A stretch of DNA of 64,000 bases, taken from NCBI GenBank assembly GCA_904063045.1, contig CAJFCJ010000005.1, forward strand, positions 3,404,165 to 3,468,164. The letters run 5' to 3'. Below, piece by piece: positions 53,314 through 64,000 of the stretch; the first letter of the stretch is position 1, and each line of letters begins with the position of its first letter. The DNA comes from Dimorphilus gyrociliatus (taxonomy: Eukaryota; Animalia; Annelida). The position numbers and the translations under genes are program-made. Below the pieces are notes generated by a model. The model did not search any database. It was not told the origin of the DNA and saw only the letters and a list, made by a program, of their open reading frames with translations.

Positions 53314-54777
53314 TTAAGTGTAGATTTGCGTACGGTGAACTGATTTTTCATTTAATAGGCTACTTGTTTCATCGGCTCCTTCTGATTGAAGAGTTTCTTC
53401 CGATGTAGATACTCTAACTTCAGTTTTCAACGGCGAGTTTCTTCCCATTTTGAAGTACATAAAAATCCATAGGATAAACATGCTAATTGGAATTATTGCG
53501 ATGTAATTTAAGCAGTCGGAAAAACCGATTCTATCAACTAAGCTGCCGGCAATTACAGGCCCTAAGAATTCTCCTGTAAAAAATGCATACTTAAGTGATA
53601 GATTTAAAAGGGAAAAACATTTACCTAGAGCAAATTCACAACTCCAAATACCTGCAACGTATGAATGTTTGGGCATTTCACCTTTATGAGATGTCATCGA
53701 TTGCAAAAGTAATACGAATGTAGGCACAATTGTTAAACTTGATCCAATTCCAAGAAGTATTAGAGATAATAGGCACAACCATAATTCATTATAATTTTCT
53801 AACCCAAGCCATTTGGAAGGTGCCAATAAAAGGAATGATATGGCGCATATTAAAAATCCAGAAAATAGGAAAGGAATTTTGAGCGATTCTCTCCTATCAA
53901 CGACGTAACCTAAAAATGGCGCTGTCAGAGCATAGGCTGCTGATGTTAAAAGAAAGACTAAGCCTACAATTGTTGGTGATAAAGAGAACAAGCTATTCAA
54001 TCGCCTCTCCAATATAGGATCTATAAAAGCCCAGATTAATGAACAGCACACAATTGCGATAGATACGGCAATAAAATTGAAATTACAACAAGATCTCATT
54101 AATCCATAATTATTATTTTCAACTACAATTTCACACTTTTCCCGTTTACCTAATAATAGCCAACTAATCGGAATTGCAATGACCAAAAGACTTCCTAGAA
54201 CTATAAAAGGTAATATAAATCCTCCTAAACTATAAAGAGCACCTCCAAGAGCCGGACCAACCATATAACCCAAAGCAGAACTTGTTTCTAAAATACCGAC
54301 TAATGTTGTTAATAAAGAAGGCCATGATCTAGCAATTATGATCAAAGATGCTGTGTTACTTGCTGAACAACCCAGAGCTATAAAAATTCGGATGATGATA
54401 CTTAGTGACATAAACATAAAACTATCTTCCACATACTCCATTAATCCAAATACTATTGTAGAAACTCCTCCGACAAACAGGCCAACTAGAAAGAGAAATT
54501 CAACGCCTGTATAAAGTGCTATTTTTCCAAAGATAGGTGAAACGACAAATTGTACCAGGGAAAAAACTCCAAAAACTAAGCTTGACATTGTATTTGATAG
54601 TTTTCTAGACTCAGCTTCTTTTGGATAGAAAGGTGCCAAGACGGACAGAGACATAAATATTAAAAAGTCTGTCATTGCAAGTGATACTAATAATAACCCT
54701 AATCTTTTTTTGCACAATGACCGACTAAACGAGTCTTCCATCTCGGAATCATCGCCAGATTCACCACCTTGGTCCAT
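53314..54777 (-). CDS. SLC18B1: MFS-type transporter, SLC18B1-like
   Basis: About 12 TM segments; LAPFYPKEAE, LETSSALGYMVGPALGGALYSLGGFILPF and FIDPILE. Includes a 51-nt in-frame intron at 53574-53624. Confidence 0.85.
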   Translation of the reverse strand: MDQGGESGDDSEMEDSFSRSLCKKRLGLLLVSLAMTDFLIFMSLSVLAPFYPKEAESRKLSNTMSSLVFGVFSLVQFVVSPIFGKIALYTGVEFLFLVGLFVGGVSTIVFGLMEYVEDSFMFMSLSIIIRIFIALGCSASNTASLIIIARSWPSLLTTLVGILETSSALGYMVGPALGGALYSLGGFILPFIVLGSLLVIAIPISWLLLGKREKCEIVVENNNYGLMRSCCNFNFIAVSIAIVCCSLIWAFIDPILERRLNSLFSLSPTIVGLVFLLTSAAYALTAPFLGYVVDRRESLKIPFLFSGFLICAISFLLLAPSKWLGLENYNELWLCLLSLILLGIGSSLTIVPTFVLLLQSMTSHKGEMPKHSYVAGIWSCEFALGKCFSLLNLSLKYAFFTGEFLGPVIAGSLVDRIGFSDCLNYIAIIPISMFILWIFMYFKMGRNSPLKTEVRVSTSEETLQSEGADETSSLLNEKSVHRTQIYT

Positions 54778-55975
54778 TTTTCAGAGGCTGTACATGAAAA
54801 TGACCTTCTGTTTATCCATCAAACCAGTTGAGTAAACAAACAACTCAATATCGCCCTTTTTTAAAATCTCTTTATTCCTCTTCTACCGAGGAACTATTGC
54901 AAAAAAAAGTTAAAAAAAGCTTTGATAAAGAAAGCTAAACTTTCTTTTAATTACTAATTCCAATTGAAAAGATATATCGTAGTCAACGATTGACTTTAGT
55001 AAGCCTAAGTTAGTGACGAAATCATTATCACATGACAAAAACTGTAGCAGACGACAGAAATATTTTGAAGATAGGATTAATAGGGTTAAAGGTTATTCAG
55101 ACATAAAGTGGCCTGGAAATAGTTCAAAACAATCATATCTTAGAATAGTATTTAATTACGTCTTTATGATAATAATAGAAAAACAGTTGTTTATTTTTTT
55201 CAAATATATCTAATAAACATTAGCTCTTGTTGATTTCAAAATAAAAAAAATACTGATTTTTAAGAGAAAATATCAGCGTCTTTTGTACTATTGTATGTCA
55301 AAAACGGATGTATTGATTAAAATATAAAGTTTGAAAAAGACTTACGGGTATTAAATAAAAAATGTCCAGGAAGAATTTTTTCTCTTTACATTGAAATTTA
55401 AAATGGCATATAGCAAACTCTTTGGTATGTCCCGTCTCCCTCCATGAAATTCTAAAATATAACTATCATTACTTTGAACTAGATTTAGCCAAAATCAGTG
55501 TTGATTTACTCTATCTTATTACTTTACTAAGTTAAAAGATTCGAAATTCTCTTTTCATAATTTTCGACTGGTTCCTCTTGAAACTACAATTTTTTAAGTA
55601 TAAAAGAATGAGATATTATCAGGCAACCATACTTCCGACTCGTTCTTTAAGTAGATTTCGATTGAAAAGATTTTGCACAGCAATGTTGTTGTCTGAATTC
55701 AAAATATAATTTTATTAGATAAATTTCTTTACAAATATTACGATTATTTCTATTTTTTTCGGTAACCGTTCAAAAGCGAAAAACTGACCGGTTCAGACTC
55801 AGTTATTTTCATCGTCAGAATAGGGAAAATCAAGTGATGTCTTTCAGTTGAAATCATACTGCTAATTAATAATTAAAAGGAAATAGCAGAGCGTATCTAC
55901 ATCGGCCATATTCCCATTAAAAAATATTAGTCAATTCTAATAAGAAGTTAATTTGTTACAATCCGTGATTTGAAT

Positions 55976-57950
55976 ATGACACCCGAAACAGAGAATATAA
56001 GCGAAGTTTTAGGTCAATATTTCAACGAAATTGGACGGTTTTCTTACGATTCTGCAAAGGAAATTCTCGATAAGTTTCAGCATAATACGAAATTGGATGC
56101 ATCCTTTTCAAAGTATGAAAAGAAATAGAATCAAATAGTAACAATACTAAGAATTAAAAAAATTAGATAAAAAAATCAATAACTTTTTTATTTAAGCATC
56201 TAGCGTTACAAACAAATATTTTATCACCTTAATATTTCACAGAATAATGTATGTATTCTATAGAATCGTATATTTACTTTATAGCTTCCTATCGGTCCTG
56301 AATAATTTGATTACTGCTGAAAAAGCGTACTCGTCCTTGAGTTTTCTAAAATCAAAATGGTTTGGAGGAAAGAATGAAGTAAGATTTAAGATAAAAATTG
56401 GGTTAACAAACTAAAAGTTTTCAATATCTTTTACATTTTTTTTTCTCAGAATACCCAAGATTTATATTTCATTCTATTCCAACAAATTGAAGGCCTTTTA
56501 AAGGAAACAAATCTAAATAACCTAATTCAACATTTATGCATCCATCTCTCGCGTTTTGTCGAAGCTAGACGTTCTACAACGGATTTGTAAAAAGCTTTAT
56601 ATTTAAATTATTTAACATAAGACTAATAGATTTTATTATTATTCTATTTTCTCCTAAAATAAGTTATGAGCAACTATCGTCTACCAACTTAAAAACGTCT
56701 TTTTCTGCTAACGATTTACTTTGTAAAATGCAAGTAATCGAGGAGAATTATACTAAAGACTTTCATCATCCATTGTTAAATCCTTTAAAAACCAGCTTTA
56801 GGTAAAAAAGTACATTATGAAATAGGATATTTTTGAATTCGATTGAATTGTCTATAGCCTGGAATGTGAGATAGTAAGCGAATTATTAAATTCCCAAGAC
56901 TCTATTTCCACATGGAAATTTTTACCTTCTACACTTCATATGCATAATGCAAAAAATAAGCTGGATTATTGGACTAAGAACGCTCAGCAAAAAGAGGAAA
57001 AAGTAACATTTTTAATATACCGATTGATTAATATATGTTAAATATTTTCTTACGATCTTTTGCAGAGTAGTAAACTATCGTTATTTTCTTCATCGAGTCA
57101 AGTTACCTACGTTTTACCAAATCTATGTCAATGGTTAACAAATGTACGACAAGCCTTAGCCGCAAAGGTACTCTTTGTAATTTCACTTAGTTTATAGAGC
57201 ACTCATCTGTCTTCCATGTTCCTCTTTTAGTATTCCCTCTACTTCTATCAAACATTGAGTAAGCAAGTAACATCAAGCGAATTAAAAATGAATATGGGTC
57301 GTTTATCTGTCGATTTGGTTTCAAAGTAAGGAAGGTATTTAAATTTTTTCACAGTTAACTTCATTCCTTCATCCTCTTTTAGAGTGCAGAGTTTTGTTAA
57401 AAAAACTGATGCCGCTTCAGTAAATCTAGTCTATGAAATGTGTTCTAGCGACGATTTTGGAGAAATTGGCCCAAGCTATAAACACCCTCAAAGAGAAGTT
57501 GAAAAGCCAAAAGGCTTAGGCTCATATCCAACAATATATAGCTGTGCCGTATGTACAAATATTGTAATAATTGTATTTGTTTTAGACTAATTATTGTTTA
57601 TTTATTGAATATAGCGAGATCAAAGCAATAATGAAAAGCGTTGGCCAGTTGTCGTGAGTCTAATGACAGATAAAGCCCTGATATTGTCCAAAATGGAAAA
57701 AACCGTATACGAATACGATATGGTAAAATTTACATTCTTAAAAGCTATTAATTAAATATCATTAAAAAACTCTTTTATTTTTTTATAGAAACAGCAAGTT
57801 ACTTACTTTCTATCTCAAGTTGACATACAAGTGACGCTGGTTATAATATATGAATGTAAAAAAAGCGAAAAAGACAGTACGATAACTCAATTCCTTCAAG
57901 ATGTATTGTCAAGTTTGCGGTTTGTAAAAATAATCGCTTCTTCCCGATAA
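55976..57950 (+). CDS. KICS2: KICSTOR complex subunit 2 (C12orf66)
   Basis: Exon fragments GRFSYDSAKE, TAEKAYSSLSFL, FVEAR, DFHHPLLNPLKTSF, WKFLPS, KTDAASVNLVY, YKHP..PKGLGSYP and TYFLSQVD..TLVIIYECKKSEKDS match C12orf66. Confidence 0.92.
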
Positions 57951-58993
57951 ATTTTTTCATGCATGTGACAAAAAACTAAGGGAAAAAACGAAGCTTTTTG
58001 TTTGCATCAAAAGAACCAAAATTTCAAGTGTTTCATCCTCCTCTTTCTGTCATTACTTATCTCTTTTCTTCACGAACAATATATACTATATATATTTTAT
58101 ATATAGATAAATTTATATATATTATATATATGTATATATTGCTCATAAGTTCTGTATATACATTTTATAATACAGTTAATCGGTTGACAGGCTATGCTTG
58201 CTTATTTTTTCTTCAAATTTTTGCATGATAAGTTCTTCAGATTTTCAGGTCTTAATTAATTATTGCCGAAACTATTTTTATCATAAGCTATCATCATACA
58301 TTCGTACATTTGTTTTACTACTAAAAGCTTATATTGGCACAACGCTATATTGGAATTATTTAAGGGCAGTAACTTTTTTTTGTACCTAGGCAGAACATCA
58401 TGGTTGTTAGCTTATATCATCAAATCTATTGGCTTATTTAAAACTTAATATTGATCTCCTGTACAGAGTGATCAACGTTTTCCAAAATTTTTTAATTCAA
58501 AAGCCCATACATTGAAACAAGTTGGATTCGAAGATAATCGAAATACCTGATTTAGAGATATAGCTGAAAAGAAATAATCAACATTCTGCATTCTTCAATT
58601 ACACTTTTATATGTAATGATACATTGCTAAATTTTCGATAAAAATCAGCCAGTATAGTTAATTTTAAAGACTTTATATTAGTCTATCCTAAGTAACCAGC
58701 TTCGTGACGAGTTCTTTTTAACCAAATAAAAAGATTGCCAGACTAAATTAACGTTTCAATTAGAACGGTCTTAACGAGACAGGAGCTTTCAAAGTTTGAG
58801 ATACCAGTCGGAAAAAGCTTTTTAACTGTCAGCTATTAAAAAATAACGTAGCGAATAATGACTGTAAAAGTACTGCAAGTATTGAATGATACAACTGGTT
58901 ATTGAAATGCTCCGGAAATATTCTTCCTAACTATTAATTGAGCAATTATACAATTACAAAAAAAACTATAATGAATTATATTTAGGCGAAAGA

Positions 58994-60699
58994 CTATTTA
59001 GAGTTAACATCACGAGGAGGTAAAAGTTCATATTTATCAGTGCTGCCATCTAAATTTCTAACATAGTTTAACAATTGAGATGGAGTTCTTCTATGACAAA
59101 TTGTTAGATAACGTCCTTTTCCTCTACCATAACTCGTAGATTTAAGGCCAAGATGACCAGCTTTGGTATGAATGAACGCTCTTTCGGCCTTCGTGAAAGA
59201 GGTTGAAAATTTAAGAGAATCATCTCTCTCTTCTTCGACATACAATGTCAATAAATAACTTAATCTTTCTCTGAACAATAACTTTATACCTCGCTCATTT
59301 GATAAACCTAACCCTTGTCGATTTATCACTCCTCCAGAAGCTGTGACTGGATCAAGTATGCCCTGCCCATTTTTCCCCAAGCCGGAACCGGGATTCCAAC
59401 CCATATTTGTTAGCATTCTCTCGCCGAATGAAGACTTAAGCGTTGTTTGCCCGTTCACTTCTTTTAACAGAGTTTCACGATCAACAATTCTACCCTCTTC
59501 ACACATATTATTTTTTACTACAACAGTCCAACAAAAACGATAAAAATAATTTAAACATATACGTGAAGCTTCAGTTTTCGCTAAGGCTTTGCTTGATCTC
59601 AAACAATTTGCCATTAGCTTTCCTTCAACGTACAACACTGTTCGCACACCTCTAAGCTCCCCCTCTCTGTAATAAATAAAGAGAAAAAAATCTATTAGCA
59701 ATTGAAAGACATGAAAGAAGTAGAATTATTTTAATATGAAACTTAAAATCAACCCCCGTACCTATACTCCCATTTATAATTGATGTGATTAAACGTTAGA
59801 GTATCGTGAAGAATTGCTTTAGGATATTTCTCTGGATCCTCACACAACGTGGGATTTATAATGATCACAATACGACTTATATCTAAGACTTGCTCTATTC
59901 CTGAATTCGATGGATAATCAATATTAGCTTCACTTTTACCTGTTTCGTCTATAGCATTATTGTAGTCCGACTCACTACTCTCTAAAATTCTATTCATTAA
60001 ATTCTCACAAGCTATTTGCTTTGCTTGTATTTTCGTGCACGATGTTCCCTCACTAATTCTCTGCTCTTTGTAACTCAAGTAGCATGTGCAAGAATCATCT
60101 TCTACCTCAAAATCAAATGTTGGTACAGTCTCTTTATAGCGTGAGAATAAAATTCTGATTATTTCTGGATATTTAACACTATTTAATTGAGCCTTTAAAA
60201 CCTGTAGATAGGGGCGAAGATTTGCTAAGACAAGTTCAATCGGGCGCTCTTTTCGTCTAACCGATTTTTTTTTACGACAGCTATTGTTCCCACTAGCACT
60301 ATTACTTGCGTTATTGGTATAATTGTTGTTAGCTTTATCAGCATTGCCAATACTGCTAACAATAATATCATTATCACTACTAGAGTCATTATCTACCTCT
60401 CTTGGTTTCTTCTTCTTTGGTTTCTCTTCGAATTTTTTCAAAATGCGTTCTCGAACAGTTTTACGGTGGTTGCCTAATTCGTCTTTAAAGTCATCAGTAA
60501 GGACGGCCAATTGATGCATAACTTGGTCGGGATATTTACAATTGTACATTTCGACATTTACAAAGCAGCTGGATAAACAGAGAAGTCTTGGTAATTCAAA
60601 TCTTTCACGATGTGCTTCAATAAACATTCTCCGAAGATTCCATTCAATTTCGCTTTCATGTTCACTTCTCAAAGATTCTATGTCAGATATCTCACTCAT
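58994..60699 (-). CDS. NKRF: NF-kappa-B-repressing factor-like: XTBD + dsRBD-like + G-patch + R3H
   Basis: XTBD LRSEHESEIEWNLRRMFIEAH..RLLCLSSCFVNVEMYNCKYP; G-patch GERMLTNMGWNPGSGLGKNGQG; R3H ERAFIHTKAGHLGLKSTSYGRG; intron 59667-59761. Confidence 0.88.
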
Positions 60700-62793
60700 T
60701 TTCCAAACTGTGGATAATTCTAAACCTGATAATAATAATAGAAAAAGAAAATTAAAAAAATCTCACGTGCTGTATCAACCAGTAAATTTACTAGAGAGTT
60801 TCCGTATCCTGTTTTAAATATGGCGCCCTCTGTATTTTATCTTTTTTATTTTATGGTTTAGCAAGAAAATAATGTTTATTCCTTCCTTCCCAAGATGATA
60901 AACAAATAAAGTATTATCTAAAACATTTGTATATAGTAATCACAGAATATACAAAACGTGTATTTAAACATTTATGTAAGAGAGAAAAGAGAATAGTCTA
61001 CACTTGCAAAGAAAATTCGAAATATTAGTCTAATTTATTCGAATTATTTCAATAGAAGAATAGAAAAAAAAGTATTTTAACTAGTTCGTTAAGAATGTCT
61101 AAGTCTTCTTTTATAAATGAAAAATATCCTGGTTGTTGAAATTACCTTTACTTATGAATAATTCAAACTTTTTCTACGTTCCTACTAATGGTAATAAACT
61201 TTTTTCCATTCTATCATGTTAAGTAAAAAATTGCGTCCTCTTCTAAAAATATGATCAATTAATATTTTAAGTTTTCTTAAAGAGAGAAAACTTGCTTTTC
61301 ATGTGATTAAAAGAACTTGAAATAAGACTTTTCTATTCCGAAAGAAGATCTATTTAAAACTACGACATTGGCTAGACTTAAAGATACATTTTATACAAAA
61401 AAAGAGAGTCTCATATTTCTCTTCATTATTTAAAAATTATGCTATGTTTTCTTTATCAACTAGACTCACAATTCCTAATGGATTTTCTATTTTTCTCTAT
61501 TTTTCTCTGTCTTTTTTACTCTATCTATCTCTTATCGAAAAAATCTATCATTTAGTCATACTTGCTTTTCTCCTTTCGTATATAAAAGTTACTTTTTTTT
61601 GCTTGTAACCTATTTTATTAATAAAAGAATTAATTGCGCCATAAAAAACGTTATTAGTCATTTCACCACTTCCTTGCATATAGAATTCAATTTTTTTTAA
61701 AATAAAGATCAATCTAGAGGGTTTTTATTGAATAACATTTTCATTCTTGTCAAGTATAAGGGAATAAGAATTAACCGTTAACAATTTATTCTGAAGAATG
61801 CAATTATCTAAAAAAATGTTAAAGCCCCCAAGTTCATTTTGTATTTAAAAAAAAAATAAGGAAGACTGGGGGTGGGGGGTAAGGTAAGGGTGGGAAGGGG
61901 GCGTATACAAATAGGTGGAGGGAAAAAAGGTAGTAGAAAATATATACTATATAGTATACAGTTTAAGAGTAATAATATAGATTCTATTTATAAATTGATA
62001 TGTATATTTCTATATTTAAGCTTGCTTATTTAAATATTAAATAAATTGAATGATTGAATAATGAACTAGTTTTACGATTGCTGAAAATAAAATGTAAACA
62101 CAGCTTTTTTAAATATCACGGATCAAATTAAAATCGATTTTTTACTCCTATTTTCTAGTTTGATTCTCATAAATAATAATAAACAGGCTAAAGAAAAACA
62201 AAAGTAAAGGTTATATTTAAACAAAGGATGAGAATGAGGAGGAAACTATTAGAGAAAGATTATATTCTACTTAGCTTAGCTATTAATAAATTGTTTCAAG
62301 AAATTACATATATAGAAAGGGCTTAATGTAACAGTTTCTTAAAAAATTATTGATAGAAAGAGAATTTAATACTATAAGAAGTGTAAAAACAATTATTAAT
62401 ATATTTAATATAATATAAAAATAATAAACTGGACATCCGGGATACGTTTGTTATGTGTTTTGAAAGATATATAATTTTCTGTTTTATGTTTGTTGTACAC
62501 TTTCTAAGACTGTAAAGTTTATTTGATGTCGCCGCTTTCGAAAATCTAAGCTATCAATAATGGGACTACACACACTTAACAAATAGACGTATTATTTATT
62601 TTCAGCAAATATATATATATATAGAGAGAAAAGAGAATTCAGACAATAGAAAGGGAAAGAGAGAGACTATGTGTGAGAAAGAGAAAAATAATAATATTTA
62701 ATTATTGCCATTAATAACATAAATATTGGAACTATTAAAGCTTTATTATTATCCTTCGATCAGTTCTACATGTCTTTAAAATAACTCAATTTC

Positions 62794-63626
62794 TTAAGAC
62801 TCTTGAATAACTCGGCATCGTTTTCCAGAAATGGGTAAATTTCTTCGTAGTTCTCTTCTAACTTCTTCAAGATCAGCATCAGCAGCACATGCGCATATTG
62901 TAACTACTCCATCAGATGAAACCGCTTCTACAGACCAAACATTTATCTTGTCGGTCATTTGAAAATTTCTTACGAATTGCCGTTTAGAAGTCTGCGAACC
63001 AATTTTTTCTTCTTTTTCAGCTACAATGCTTATTTTATCAGGCGTTACCTTGATTGTGACGTTTTCAGCTTTGTAGGTAATTCCAATATTAACTTCTAGC
63101 TTTGTTATCTTATCAGGATTTGATTCAATAGCTTTGAGTTTATTTGATTGACTAGAAAGCGTCATCTCCGGTTTGGCGACTTCAAAGCTAGAATCATAAT
63201 ACGGATTTTGCAGCACACTGTCAATTGTATCTAATTGCATATTGTTAGAGGTATATGGTTCAATATCAAACTCTTCGTAGCTGGGTGGAGGTTCCTTTTG
63301 TTCTTTTCTTCCACTTATCCTGAGATTACCATCCACCAATTTAGATTGAAGTGTATTTAAATCGATGTTAAAGGGAACATGAACTTCTTTCCTAAAATTT
63401 CTGGTTGTTGTCGTATCGCCTTCCTTCGCCTCCTTTTTAGCACTAACAATTAAATTGCGTGATTTATCGGATAGACTAATTTTAACGCTCTCCTGATCAA
63501 ATTCGCTTAAATCGAATTCAACAACAAAATCATCTTGATCTCTTGCAAGAACTTTTCTTAGCAAATCTTTATGTCTTTCGTCATCTTCACCAGGTAAAGC
63601 TTGAATAGCTTCCGGCTGATTTGTGT
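62794..63626 (-). CDS. Small heat-shock protein with two alpha-crystallin domains (p40/major egg antigen type); 5' exon not resolved
   Basis: Two ACDs: FVVEFDLSEFDQESVKI...NFRKEVHVP...LQSKLVDGNLRISG and LEVNIG..YKAENVTIKV...QFVRNFQM..VEAVSSDGVVTICA. The exon starts at an acceptor at 63626. Confidence 0.85.
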
Positions 63627-64000
63627 CTGTAGTTTATATATAAATACTATAAATATATATGCGGTATTTAGAACAAGAAGACAAAACTAAGGCCTAATAA
63701 AACAGTAAGTTGAGAGTAAGAGGGTGAGAATATATGGAGAAAGGGATTGGTTCAATAACCTATAAGGTAAAAGATAAAGAGAAGAGAAAAAAAACAAATA
63801 CACTCATTCATTCAATAATTTAAATATTATATATTTAGTTTGTTTTTTCTTTCTTTCTATCTTTCTTTTTTTTTTAAGGTAAAGAATCCTTTGATTGCTA
63901 AATTGCGACATATTTCGACACATCTACTGTAGGTATATACAATTTACAGTTCATAATAAACAAGAATATGATGCAGAACAACCTAGATTGTTATTCTTTT

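Noticed and set aside
55451-55528. Joining 55528 to 55451 to make a ~110-aa protein
   Set aside because: The junction (TA|A) creates a TAA stop.

Overview
Eukaryotic (animal) genomic DNA. It is very AT-rich and gene-dense, with mostly 50-100 nt introns and (TA)n/(GA)n microsatellites. I found no CRISPR array, rRNA, tRNA or recognisable transposon. The compactness and gene content (double-domain small HSP, voltage-sensing phosphatase, DUF5054-type glycosidase) suggest a miniaturised spiralian, for example a meiofaunal annelid; this is inference only. About 21 protein-coding loci were reconstructed by hand-splicing: an EMI+EGF single-pass receptor with an antisense homeobox gene nested in one intron, PRPF6, TAF5L, FERD3L/Fer3, a novel secreted acidic/(HGK)10 protein, IRE1, an EPLIN/LIMA1-like LIM locus, VSP/TPTE, POMP, ANKLE2, an AQP4-like aquaporin, a pancreatic-family lipase, a DUF5054/GH38-like hydrolase, an SLC18B1-like MFS transporter, KICS2, NKRF, a two-domain sHSP and two orphans. 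The best candidates for novelty are: (1) the intronless divergent PRD-type homeobox nested antisense in a receptor whose tail resembles LAT-type adaptors (juxtamembrane Cys cluster plus YxN motifs); (2) the secreted bipolar Asp/Glu-rich plus (His-Gly-Lys)10 protein; (3) the intron-rich DUF5054/GH38-like hydrolase with tandem CLEAR/M-box motifs upstream. All homology calls are from recall of the families; no database searches were run.
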